A stretch of 64,000 bases of DNA from a virus: the IMG/VR virus record IMGVR_UViG_3300045941_000223, positions 1 through 64,000 of that record, one strand, 5' to 3'. The notes beneath the pieces were generated by a model that was not told the origin of the DNA, did no database searches, and saw nothing but the letters and a program-made list of their open reading frames with translations. The position numbers were made by a program, and so were the translations under genes. Below, one piece after another: positions 34,861 through 44,720 of the stretch; the stretch's first letter is position 1, and each line of letters starts with the position of its first letter.

Positions 34861-37782
34861 TTGCCTGAATTCGAAGAGCTGCGGATTTCTGTCCAACTGG
34901 TCGATAACGCATCGCCCGGGTTGGTCCGGCTGCGGTCGGAGATCGCATCGTTGGCATCGGGTGAAGTCCTGAAGAAGCAGGATTCGTTCGGCAAGTCGTG
35001 GGCGGATCTCGGCACCAAGGTCAAGGATTTCGCCGAGAACGCCAAGTCGCTGGGCACCGAGTTGCGTACGCTGGGTGTTCGCTTTGCTCTGCCGGTGGTC
35101 GGGCTCACCTTGCTCGCCCGCTGGATCATCAATACCAGAGAAGCGGCGTCGGCATTTGCCTCCGAGCTGTCCGGCATCGCTCGCACCGCCCGTTCGGTCG
35201 GAATGGATTCGGTCCATTTCAAGACTCTGACCGACAACCTCCAGCGTTTGGGATTGTCGCTGGAGACCTCGCAGAAAGCCGCTGCCGGATTCGCCGAAGC
35301 GCGCGGCAAGCTCATGGAAAGGGGCAACGAGCTTCACCAACAACTGATGGAGATGACCAAGGGTATTCCCGGCGCAACGCACAACATGCGGCAGTTCATC
35401 GAAACCTTCATCAGCATGTCCGACCGCCCGGAAGCGTTCAACATGATGATGGAGTCCGGGCTGAGCATCCGCAAAAAAATCGAGGATCAATTCGGCTCAG
35501 AGGCGGCGGCAAGATTCCATCGTCAATTCCTCGACTTTCTGACCGGCGGCATGGGGGCGGCGATAGCCGGGCTCGATCCCTCCGGAAGAATCAAGCCGCT
35601 GACCGAAGCTCAAAAAAAGGCGCAGGAAGAAGCCTTCAAAAACTCCCAAAAGATTTCGCAGGCCAACAAGGAGACGGAAGCCGCTGCAAAGCGAGCGGAA
35701 GAGGTCGCGCTGAGATTGGCGGTCGATGTTTGGGCCCCGCTCATCACTGGCATGAACACCGGGCTGGAAAAGGTCGCCAATCTGGTCGAGCGGATTGACC
35801 GGGTGGTTCGCAACTGGAAATGGCTCGGCGGCGGCGGCAATGAGGGCAGGCCCGATGAGGGCAAGCCGGTACGGTTCATGAGTGCTGGCATGGGGGAGCC
35901 GCTGCCGGATGTCGGTGGCAACGAGATCCCCGGCGGTACCGGACCCGGCACGTTGTTCGACGCGCTGAAAGAGTACCGCGATCTCGGGCGCTCGCGGATC
36001 GAGGATCGACGCACCGGCATGGGCGCACCGGCAGGCGAGCAGGGCGATGTGACCCAGCAGCTCACCGAGCAATTCAGGCGCTTGAACGAGTACCTGATGC
36101 TGCTGGTGCCACAGGGCAAAGGGCTCGGCCTGCTCTCGACGGAGATGGGCGGGCTCGGCAAAGGCTTCGGCACCGGCGGTGGTGTTGCTTCGCCGATGGG
36201 CGGCGGCGGTGGTGGGTTTGGTGGCGGCGGTGGCGGCGGCGGCGGTGGCGGGTTTGGCGGCGGCGGCGGCGGCGGCGGTGGTGGAGGCGGTGGAGGCGGC
36301 GGCGGTGGGCGTCCACCCGGGGCGCTCGATCCGAGCCACTTCGTCGATCCAGCGAAGCCCAGCGCGGTGGGCGTCACCGAACCGCAGAAAGGCGTGTTCG
36401 GCTTTGATCCGACCACCGGTCAGCCGCTGGCGATCGATCCCGGGACGTTAGCGCCGAAGCCGCCTGCTGGAAGCGTGACCCAACCACCGAAGGGCGGCGG
36501 CGGTGGTGGCGGTGGTGAGGGTATGCGCCGCGGTGACGCGCCTCCCGGTACGGACGCGCCGGGTATTTACAACAAGCTGCTCACAGCATTTCAGAATTCG
36601 AAATTGGTCGGCGTCGTGCCGCCTGATGGTGCGCGGTTTGGGATCACGACAGGATCTGCCGAAGAGTGGGCGCGGTTCGCTACTTCAATTGCCAACGAGG
36701 AGTCGAGTTTCAAGCCGTGGACTAAGAACGAGTACGGGGAGCGCTCCTATGGAATCTTCCAGTACGATCACTCGCAAGTGCCGGGAGGAAATGCATTCAA
36801 TGTAGATGCGTCGATTAGTGCGTTTGTCAGGGATGCTGAAACTTCGGTGAGAGAAGGAGGCATTCGCGATGCTCGCGGTGGCAAGGGCGGCAGAAGTCTA
36901 CTGGCTCGGCGGTTTTCGACTATTGGCAACCATCCCGAGCGCGCAATAAGAAGTTTGCCATTGGCTGGACGTGTGGGCGTAACGGCAACAGGCGGCCGTG
37001 GCCCCGTCACCGCTGATCCAGCCAAGCCGTTCCCGTGGACACCATCGACTGCAGGCGGCGCTGGCGGCGGTGATGTCATCAATCGCGATATCAGTCATCT
37101 CTCGCAAGGTCAGGCCAACGTCGGAGCATTCAATCAAGCTGTGAAGGGGCTGGTCGTTCATCACACTTCCGGTCGCGGGACGCCCGAAGGTGTCGCGACG
37201 ACGTTTCAGCAGCGCGGCTACCCAGCGCAATTCATCATCGATCGCGAGGGCAACATTGTCCGCTATCTGCCGGAAGGTGCGAGCGGCGCGCATGTCAAAC
37301 CCGGACAGGGCATTGGCAAGGGACTCGGCAATTGGAATTTGGAGGGCGTCGAGGTCATCGCAAGAAACGAAAAAGATGTTTTGCCAATTCAGCGCGAGGC
37401 CGTTGCCCGTCTGCTTGCCGAACGTGCTGCAAGGCACGGCTACGATCCCAAAACAGGTGTTTTCGGTCACGGCGAAATAAATCCGCACAAGGAACGCAAC
37501 GAAGGCTCGACTGCCCAAATGATTCGGGAAGGCAAGATAGCCATTCCGGATCGCGCGGTGCTCGATCGTGCGCAAGGCCGTGAGATCACTTCCAAGGTCA
37601 ACGCCACCGGCAAATTGGATGTTACCGTGCGCGCTCCGAAACGGACGCGCGTCGGCGTCAAGGGCTCTGGCGTGTTCGCCAAGACCGAGCTGGACCGTCA
37701 GACGACAATGCCAACGACACCACGTCAGAGCGCTCGCCAGAGCGAGAACGCTTCCATGGCAGAGCCAGAGTGGCAGGAGTGA
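34861..37782 (+). CDS. Tape-measure-like protein 2 with lysozyme/SLT-like and amidase_2 domains
   Basis: TTG start; paralogous N and C termini; EESSF...YGIFQY; LVVHHT...FIIDREG...GAHV...GVEV...FGHGE. Confidence 0.75.
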   Translation: MPEFEELRISVQLVDNASPGLVRLRSEIASLASGEVLKKQDSFGKSWADLGTKVKDFAENAKSLGTELRTLGVRFALPVVGLTLLARWIINTREAASAFASELSGIARTARSVGMDSVHFKTLTDNLQRLGLSLETSQKAAAGFAEARGKLMERGNELHQQLMEMTKGIPGATHNMRQFIETFISMSDRPEAFNMMMESGLSIRKKIEDQFGSEAAARFHRQFLDFLTGGMGAAIAGLDPSGRIKPLTEAQKKAQEEAFKNSQKISQANKETEAAAKRAEEVALRLAVDVWAPLITGMNTGLEKVANLVERIDRVVRNWKWLGGGGNEGRPDEGKPVRFMSAGMGEPLPDVGGNEIPGGTGPGTLFDALKEYRDLGRSRIEDRRTGMGAPAGEQGDVTQQLTEQFRRLNEYLMLLVPQGKGLGLLSTEMGGLGKGFGTGGGVASPMGGGGGGFGGGGGGGGGGGFGGGGGGGGGGGGGGGGGGRPPGALDPSHFVDPAKPSAVGVTEPQKGVFGFDPTTGQPLAIDPGTLAPKPPAGSVTQPPKGGGGGGGGEGMRRGDAPPGTDAPGIYNKLLTAFQNSKLVGVVPPDGARFGITTGSAEEWARFATSIANEESSFKPWTKNEYGERSYGIFQYDHSQVPGGNAFNVDASISAFVRDAETSVREGGIRDARGGKGGRSLLARRFSTIGNHPERAIRSLPLAGRVGVTATGGRGPVTADPAKPFPWTPSTAGGAGGGDVINRDISHLSQGQANVGAFNQAVKGLVVHHTSGRGTPEGVATTFQQRGYPAQFIIDREGNIVRYLPEGASGAHVKPGQGIGKGLGNWNLEGVEVIARNEKDVLPIQREAVARLLAERAARHGYDPKTGVFGHGEINPHKERNEGSTAQMIREGKIAIPDRAVLDRAQGREITSKVNATGKLDVTVRAPKRTRVGVKGSGVFAKTELDRQTTMPTTPRQSARQSENASMAEPEWQE

Positions 37783-37785
37783 TGC

Positions 37786-38433
37786 ATGGCCACCATCATT
37801 GAAGCTGGCAGGGGCCGTGGGCCGCATCGTCTTAAATCCTATTGGCGCGACAAGCTGGTACCGGCACATTTCCGCGGCGCGATGTTCCATGTCGAAGCTG
37901 GCGGCAAGTCGTCCGGAAGAAGAACCGTCGTCCATGAATTCCCCAAGCGCAACGTCCCTTATGCGGAGGACATGGGTAGGCGTGCAGTCGAGTGGAGTGT
38001 GCGCGGCTATCTGATCTGCTTCGTCGATGACACCGAAAGCGAACTCTACCGGCGAGACTACACGCTCCAGCGCGAGAAGGTGATCGCTGCGCTGGAGCAG
38101 GACGGGTATGGCCCGCTGCAGCTTCCGCTGCTGCCGCCGATGACGGTGATGTGCCAGCGCTACCGCGTCACCGAGGAAGAAAAGCTCGGCGGCTATTGCG
38201 TGTTCGACATGGAGTTCGTCGAGTTCGGCAAGCCGCCGCTCGCCGGGCCGCCGATGAGCGACGCGCAGCTCAAGGCGCAATCCGATGCACTGAAGGCGCG
38301 GACCATCCAAGCGCTCGCCAACTACGACACCGAGCTGCTGGGCCGCAAGACGACGCCGACCCCTGCGGGTCCGAGCGTGCCGATCTCGGAGATCATTCCG
38401 ATCGGGCCAACGATCCCCGGTCCCGGTCCCTAA
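37786..38433 (+). CDS. Mu gpN-like DNA circularisation protein, N-terminal part
   Basis: WRDKLVPAHFRG..F...GRRTVVHEFP...EDMGR. Confidence 0.85.
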   Translation: MATIIEAGRGRGPHRLKSYWRDKLVPAHFRGAMFHVEAGGKSSGRRTVVHEFPKRNVPYAEDMGRRAVEWSVRGYLICFVDDTESELYRRDYTLQREKVIAALEQDGYGPLQLPLLPPMTVMCQRYRVTEEEKLGGYCVFDMEFVEFGKPPLAGPPMSDAQLKAQSDALKARTIQALANYDTELLGRKTTPTPAGPSVPISEIIPIGPTIPGPGP

Positions 38434-38489
38434 AGCTCGTCCTTCCTTCGCATCTTTTCATCTCTGGCCACACAACATGGGAGGTCACC

Positions 38490-38867
38490 ATGGCCGTCAA
38501 CTATTCAACCACGCTCAAAGGCAACCGCATGCAGGCGGTGCTCGACGAGATCGACTCGCACGCGAGCCCCGCCATCCTGCAGATCCTGCAGAGCCCCAGC
38601 ACCGTGCTGGCGGTCATCACCTTGTCCGATCCGTCGTTCACCCGTTCTGGCTCGGTGCTCACCATGGCGGGCACACCACGATCCGACACATCGGCCGACG
38701 CCAGCGGCACCGCCAATCTTGCCAAGATCCTCAAGGGCGATGGGACCAGCGTGGTGGTTGACGGGCTCACGGTCGGCACTGCCGCGAGCGATATCATCCT
38801 GAACAGCACAACGATCACGGCGGGCCAAACCATTACCATCACGTCGGGAACGATCACTCACGCCTGA
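38490..38867 (+). CDS. Small virion structural protein
   Basis: MAVNYSTTLK...ADASGTA...GLTVG...ITITSGTITHA; GGAGG RBS. Confidence 0.7.
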   Translation: MAVNYSTTLKGNRMQAVLDEIDSHASPAILQILQSPSTVLAVITLSDPSFTRSGSVLTMAGTPRSDTSADASGTANLAKILKGDGTSVVVDGLTVGTAASDIILNSTTITAGQTITITSGTITHA

Positions 38868-38883
38868 TCGAGGCCCCTGAGCC

Positions 38884-40881
38884 ATGGCTCACATCCTCGC
38901 GGATCGCGTCCGCGACACCACCACGACGAACGGCGTCGGTGCCGTCACGGTCAGCGGCACCGCGCCGATACGTCATCGCACGTTCAGTGCTGTGGCCACG
39001 GCTGATGGCGACACGTTCCCGTACGTGATCGTCCATCGGACTGCGAACGAGTGGGAAACTGGTCTCGCGACCCGCGTGTCGGCCAACGTCTACGCCCGCA
39101 CCATTATCTATGCGCCGAACCCCGGCACGCCGGTGGACTTTTCGTCGGGCGACAAGGACATGGCGCTGGTCTTCACTTCCAACCCGACGCACGCCAACAC
39201 CATCGAACTCGGCCACCCGACCGACACGACGCTTGCGCGAAGTGCCGCCGGTAGGGTGTCGGTCGAGGGCTTGGACTTGCTGATCGGCAGCGATATCGCT
39301 GGCAAGGCCGATCTGGCGTCACCGGTCTTCACCGGCGATCCGCGGGCCCCGACGCCTGCGACGGCCGACAACGACACGAGCGTTGCGACCACTGCATTTG
39401 TGAAGGCGCAGGGGTATCTCGTCTCCAGCGACATTACGGGGAAGGCCGATCTCGCCAGCCCGATATTCACTGGCGATCCGAAAGCGCCCACGCCGACGAC
39501 GGCGGACAACGACACGAGCATCGCGACCACCGCCTTCGTCAAGGCGCAAGGCTATTTGGTGTCGAGTGATCTGACGCCCTATGCGTTGGACACTGACTTG
39601 GCAAACTACCAGCCGCTCGATGCAGAGCTGACGGCGGTCGCCGGATTGTCATCGAACGGCCTGATGGCGAGGACGGGAGCCGGTACCGCTGCCGCGCGCT
39701 CGATCGCTGGACCGGCGGCAGGCATCACGGTCTCCAATGCGGATGGCGTCAGCGGCAACCCGACGCTGGCACTGGCCAACGATCTCGCGGCGTTGGAGGC
39801 GCTGGCGGGAACGAACACGATCTACTACCGGTCGGGAGCGGATGCGTGGAGCGCCGTGACCATCGGCGGCAACATGACGTTCGCGGGAGGCGTACTGAAC
39901 TCGACCGCCGGTGGCGGTGGAGCGCCAACGAATGCTCAGTATGTTGTGCTGGCGCTCGATGCGACGCTGACTGATGAGCGGTTGTTGGCGTTCGGCACCG
40001 GGATATCGCTGACGGACGGTGGAGCTGGTGCCAGCGCCACCATCAACCTCGATGCCGATCTGGTGTCGTGGGCGGGCATCACGCGCGCAGCCGGTTTCGA
40101 CACATTCGTGGCGACGCCGTCGTCCGCCAATCTTGCGGCTTTGGTCACCGGCGAGACCGGCACCGGAGCGCTGATGTTCGGCACGTCGCCGGTGATCACC
40201 ACCGACATTACGATCCCGAATACCGGGCTGCATCTATTCGACACGGATGCCTCGCATGACCTGATCGTCAAGCCGGGCTCGAATCTAACCGCTGATCGCA
40301 CGTTCACGGTTGTCACTGGCGATGTTGATCGCACGTTGACGCTCACCGGCAACGTCACTTCGAATCAGGATGTATCGACGACTGGCACTCCGACGTTCGC
40401 GTCGATCACGTTGTCAAACGGTCAGATTGTCTTTCCGGCATCACAGGTCGCGAGCGCGGGCGCGAACACGCTCGACGACTATGAAGAAGGGACATGGACG
40501 CCGACCGTCACGTTTGCGACCCAAGGCGATAGGAGCATCGCAAGCCCAGGAATCGTCGGCTGGTACGTCAAGGTCGGCGGAATGGTGATGGCCGGTGGTC
40601 AGGTGTCCGGCACAATGAATTACACAACGTCGGGTGGAAACATACGCCTGCAGACCTTCCCGTTCACGCCGAGCCAGACGGCGATCGGAACGATCTTGAA
40701 CGGCGGGATGACGATCACCGGCTACACGCACGTCCAACTGATGCTGCAGGGGAGCAACACATACGCAGAATTTTATGCAAGCGATCCGGCGAACAATAAG
40801 GCCATCACGCCGTGCTCAGTTACGAACTTGCCGAACGGCAGGGCCTTCGATTTCAGATGGACCATGACCTACAGGGTGTGA
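38884..40881 (+). CDS. Fibre-like virion protein
   Basis: ADRVRDTTTT.G.G start; 2x KADLASP.FTGDP.APTP.TADNDTS.ATTAFV; LDDYEEGTWTP. Confidence 0.8.
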   Translation: MAHILADRVRDTTTTNGVGAVTVSGTAPIRHRTFSAVATADGDTFPYVIVHRTANEWETGLATRVSANVYARTIIYAPNPGTPVDFSSGDKDMALVFTSNPTHANTIELGHPTDTTLARSAAGRVSVEGLDLLIGSDIAGKADLASPVFTGDPRAPTPATADNDTSVATTAFVKAQGYLVSSDITGKADLASPIFTGDPKAPTPTTADNDTSIATTAFVKAQGYLVSSDLTPYALDTDLANYQPLDAELTAVAGLSSNGLMARTGAGTAAARSIAGPAAGITVSNADGVSGNPTLALANDLAALEALAGTNTIYYRSGADAWSAVTIGGNMTFAGGVLNSTAGGGGAPTNAQYVVLALDATLTDERLLAFGTGISLTDGGAGASATINLDADLVSWAGITRAAGFDTFVATPSSANLAALVTGETGTGALMFGTSPVITTDITIPNTGLHLFDTDASHDLIVKPGSNLTADRTFTVVTGDVDRTLTLTGNVTSNQDVSTTGTPTFASITLSNGQIVFPASQVASAGANTLDDYEEGTWTPTVTFATQGDRSIASPGIVGWYVKVGGMVMAGGQVSGTMNYTTSGGNIRLQTFPFTPSQTAIGTILNGGMTITGYTHVQLMLQGSNTYAEFYASDPANNKAITPCSVTNLPNGRAFDFRWTMTYRV

Positions 40882-40884
40882 GCG

Positions 40885-41208
40885 ATGGAAAAGTTGACGC
40901 TGATCGGGCAGATCGAGTTGACGGCCAATGCCGTCCAAGTCCGGTTGCATCTGACGATTATGGATGGCGAGAACAAATTGAGCGAACAGTACCACCGGTT
41001 CGCTCTTGACAGCGAAGCAGACGTGCAGGGCACCTATGATTCGGTCAACGCGCATCTCCAATCAATGGGCTGGTCGCCAATGTCGGCGGCGCAGATGACT
41101 GAGATTTCTAACGTCTATACGAATTGGCAGGAGAGTTTGGTTGCGGCTGGTGTGGAAGCGCAGAGGGCGACGGCGCAGACAACGGTGAAGTCGAAGACGA
41201 AGCGTTAA
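40885..41208 (+). CDS. Fibre-associated small protein
   Basis: VQVR...YHR pattern following a YEEGTWTP-type fibre. Confidence 0.6.
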   Translation: MEKLTLIGQIELTANAVQVRLHLTIMDGENKLSEQYHRFALDSEADVQGTYDSVNAHLQSMGWSPMSAAQMTEISNVYTNWQESLVAAGVEAQRATAQTTVKSKTKR

Positions 41209-41219
41209 AAGAACGCTCG

Positions 41220-44200
41220 ATGTCAATCACCGATCTCGGTTCGCTCGGCGCGACCGGCAGCACCGGCAACAATCAGGCTTCGCTTGCGCTTACGACGACG
41301 CAGGCGTGCTCGGTCGGCGATCTCGTCGTCGTTGTCGTCGCGGTTGATAACCGACTCGGTACTACACCGGCTGACGACGACGAAGTGTCGGGTGTCGCCG
41401 ACAATGCGGTCGGTAGTGAGAACGTATGGTCGAAGGCGGTCGGCTGGAGCTACGGCGGCGCGAGCCCGGCGGTGCAGGGCGGCGCGGCGGTCGCGATCTG
41501 GTATTCGGTCCTCAAAACCGCGCTCCCGACCGGGCGGACGATCACCGCGAGCTTTACCAGCAGCGGCACGTCCGATGCGACCGGCCTGACGGCGCGACGG
41601 TTCGGGACTGGCGGCCCGATCGGGGTCGTTGCCACCAACACCGGCGTTGTCAGTGCTGGACAGCCCGGATCGCTCGACGCGACGACTCCGAACCTTGAAC
41701 ACCTTCGCGTCCGCGGTATTGCGGGCGAGGTCGGCAACAACACATCGCTGACGCCGACCACCAACTGGACAGCATGGGCAAATGGCAACAGCGCAACATC
41801 CGGCACGATCGCCGAGATGTGTGCCCGGGCGGAAAGCCGGATCGTCACCGGCACCAGCGGGGCGTCGAACCCGACTTGGGTCGCGTGCGACATTGCCAAC
41901 GCCTACGTCGCTTTCCAAGAGATCATCAGTGGCGACCTAGATGCAACCGATGACCAAGATGTTGCGTCCTTCGACGGTGAGGTCACGACGCCAGCGGTCG
42001 AGGGCGACCTTGCCGCGACCGACGATCCGGACACTGCTTCGTTCGCTGGCGAAAGCATCTTCAATGCCGTTCTCGGCGCAACCGATGATCCCGACACTGC
42101 CGAGTTCGATGGCGATGTCACCAGCCCCATTGTTCTCGCCGAGACCGCCGACGATCTCGGCATTGCAACCACGGCTATCGCGGTCGCAGCAATTGCCAGC
42201 GAGAGCGGCGGCGGGATTCTCGCGGCGCTGGCAGCGACCGATGCGCCGGACACTGCTTCGTTCGCAGGCGACGTTACGGCGGGTATCATCGATGGCACGC
42301 TGGCGGCGACTGACGCTCCCGATGTTGCCGCTCTCAATGGATCGGCTGCATGGAATGCAGTGCTGGCGGCCAGCGAAGCGCCGGACGTGGTCGCATTCTC
42401 TGGCCAGAGCGTTGCACAAGGAACGCTGGCGGCCACCGATGCTCCGGACGTTGCCGCCTTCTCCGGAACAGCAGTCAACAATGGCACACTGGCCGCGACC
42501 GAGCAGGCGGACACCGCAGCTCTTGCCGGATCGGTTTATTGGGCCGCAACACTGGCGGCAACTGAGCAGGCGCTGGACACCGCGGCCTTCTCAGGCGGCA
42601 TTGTGGCCACTGGTACGCTGGCGGCGAGCGACGTGCTCGATACCGCGGCGCTGTCCGCAAGCGTGTATTTCTCATGCTCGCTGGCCGTCACCGAGGCACC
42701 TGACACTGCCGCATTCGCCGGGAACGCTGAATGGCGGGCGGTACTGGCGGCGACTGAAGCGCTGGATGTTGCGGCTCTGGCCGGAAAGGTCGAGTGGATT
42801 GCAACACTGGCGGCCACCGAGACCGCGCTCGATACCGCCGCCTTTGTCGGTCAGAGCGTTGCGCAAGGAATACTGGCCGCTACTGAGCAGGTGCTGGATA
42901 CCGCGGCCTTTACCGGCCAGAGCGTCGCACAAGGAACGCTCGCCGCTACGGAACAGTACGACGTTGCCGCCTTCTCCGGAACAGCGGTTGCCACCGGCAC
43001 ACTGGCCGCAACCGAAGCCATCGATCAGGCGTCCTTCATCGGCGAGGGCGTGGCGCTTGAGAGCAGCGGCACCCTCGCTGCGGTCGAACAGGCAGACGGT
43101 GCGGCGCTTGCCGGGCAGATCGAGTGGCTGGCGACGCTGGTTGCATCCGATACGCCGGATGTTGCAGCTCTGGCCGGTTCCGTTGCATGGAACGCCACGC
43201 TGGCGGCGACCGAGGCGCTGGATGTTGCGGCTCTGGCTGGCACCGTCCACTGGACGGCGACCCTCGCGGCCACCGAGACCGCGCTCGATACCGCCGCGCT
43301 TGCTGGTTCTGTCTATTGGGGTCTGACGCTCGCCGCCAGCGAGGCGGCCGATACGCTCTTCATGACCGCCGACGTTGTCTCGCCCGGCGGCATACTGAAT
43401 GTAGTCGAGGCGGCGGACACCGCGGCGGGCACCGGCAGCGTCTACTGGCCGGGCCACCTGCAGGTCACAGAGGCACCGGACACTGCCGCATTCTCTGGAA
43501 CGATCGTCGCCACCGGCACCCTCGCCGCCACCGAGGCTGTGGACAGCGCAGCCTTCTCGGGCACGATCGTTGCGACCGGTGTGCTGGCGGCCACCGATGC
43601 TCCCGATGTCGTGGCGTTCACCAGCACGGCGGTTGCGACTGGTGCTCTCGCTGCCACCGACGCGCCGGACGTGGCGGCGTTCTCTGGAAAGGCGGTCGCC
43701 ACCGGCACATTGGCGGCCACCGACGCCCCCGACGTTGCCGCGTTTTCCGGCACGATCGTCGCTACCGGTACGCTGGCCGCAAGCGAGGCGATCGATACCG
43801 CTGCCTTCGTCGGCAATCTCGTCCCGATCTCGACCGGTGTGCTGGCGGCAACCGACGCGCCCGATCAGGCGGCCTTCAGCGGGTTGGCGCTCGATGTCCT
43901 CACCGGCACGCTGGCTGCGACCGAAGCTCGGGACGTTGCCGCGTTCTCCGAATCCCCGCCGCTGCCCGGCATCCTGCAGGCCAGCGAAGCGCCGGACGGC
44001 ATCTTCATCGTCGGTCACATCGATATCCTCGAACCGATCGAGTGGACGCACATGGTCAAGAGCCAAGCACAGGAAGCAGCCCGCATCGTGCAGCGGGCCT
44101 TGCGCGAGCTGCTGTGGGTTTCGCCCACCCGCGGGCGGCCGGGATCGGACCTTCGGACGCAATGCGGCGACGTGATCACCCACGCCGCGCTGCTGATCCA

Positions 44201-44720
44201 GAAGAACCTGATCGGCGAGCCGCTGGCCGAATGCTTCGATCTGGCGGTCACCGCTGGCATCACGCAAAAGAAGCTCGCGCACGTGCGCAAGACGGTGGTG
44301 GCCGACACGGCGGTCAGCGTCGGTGCAGTCACCGTGAAGCACCATCTGACGTGGATGATCATGGCGGCCGAGTGCCGGGTGATCGCCGACATGCGGTTCT
44401 TCAGCCGCGAGGACGCGGTCAAGCTGAAGGACGATATGAACGCCGCCTTCAACGAGGCCGAGATCATCGCCGCCGACCAGATGGACGAAGCGAGCTACAT
44501 GGCGCTGGTCAAGCTGCACGCGGCACTCACCTTCCACCTGATCGAGACCGCGCGGCCCTTGCCGCGAGTGGTGGCGTGGCGGTTCGGCAAGCCGATGTCC
44601 ACCCGCATCGTCGCTCAGCGGCTGTACTACGACGCCGCCCGCGCCGACGAGCTGCGGCGTGAGAACAAGGTCGTCCACCCCGCATTCATGCGCAACTACG
44701 GAAGAGGCTTGTCGCTGTAA
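41220..44720 (+). CDS. Long repeat protein fused to a Mu gpN-like C-terminal domain
   Basis: About 30 repeats of about 21 aa, GTLAAT(D/E)APD(V/T)AAFSG; C-terminal IVAQRLYYDAARADELRRENKVVHPAFM. Confidence 0.75.
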   Translation: MSITDLGSLGATGSTGNNQASLALTTTQACSVGDLVVVVVAVDNRLGTTPADDDEVSGVADNAVGSENVWSKAVGWSYGGASPAVQGGAAVAIWYSVLKTALPTGRTITASFTSSGTSDATGLTARRFGTGGPIGVVATNTGVVSAGQPGSLDATTPNLEHLRVRGIAGEVGNNTSLTPTTNWTAWANGNSATSGTIAEMCARAESRIVTGTSGASNPTWVACDIANAYVAFQEIISGDLDATDDQDVASFDGEVTTPAVEGDLAATDDPDTASFAGESIFNAVLGATDDPDTAEFDGDVTSPIVLAETADDLGIATTAIAVAAIASESGGGILAALAATDAPDTASFAGDVTAGIIDGTLAATDAPDVAALNGSAAWNAVLAASEAPDVVAFSGQSVAQGTLAATDAPDVAAFSGTAVNNGTLAATEQADTAALAGSVYWAATLAATEQALDTAAFSGGIVATGTLAASDVLDTAALSASVYFSCSLAVTEAPDTAAFAGNAEWRAVLAATEALDVAALAGKVEWIATLAATETALDTAAFVGQSVAQGILAATEQVLDTAAFTGQSVAQGTLAATEQYDVAAFSGTAVATGTLAATEAIDQASFIGEGVALESSGTLAAVEQADGAALAGQIEWLATLVASDTPDVAALAGSVAWNATLAATEALDVAALAGTVHWTATLAATETALDTAALAGSVYWGLTLAASEAADTLFMTADVVSPGGILNVVEAADTAAGTGSVYWPGHLQVTEAPDTAAFSGTIVATGTLAATEAVDSAAFSGTIVATGVLAATDAPDVVAFTSTAVATGALAATDAPDVAAFSGKAVATGTLAATDAPDVAAFSGTIVATGTLAASEAIDTAAFVGNLVPISTGVLAATDAPDQAAFSGLALDVLTGTLAATEARDVAAFSESPPLPGILQASEAPDGIFIVGHIDILEPIEWTHMVKSQAQEAARIVQRALRELLWVSPTRGRPGSDLRTQCGDVITHAALLIQKNLIGEPLAECFDLAVTAGITQKKLAHVRKTVVADTAVSVGAVTVKHHLTWMIMAAECRVIADMRFFSREDAVKLKDDMNAAFNEAEIIAADQMDEASYMALVKLHAALTFHLIETARPLPRVVAWRFGKPMSTRIVAQRLYYDAARADELRRENKVVHPAFMRNYGRGLSL
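41930..44010 (+). repeat. Coding tandem repeats (about 63-70 bp unit)
   Basis: Recurrent ctggcggccaccga...gacgttgccgccttctccgg units. Confidence 0.85.

Noticed and set aside
36199-36310. GGC microsatellite as a phase-variation tract
   Set aside because: Triplet unit encoding an in-frame poly-Gly linker; slippage would not shift the frame.
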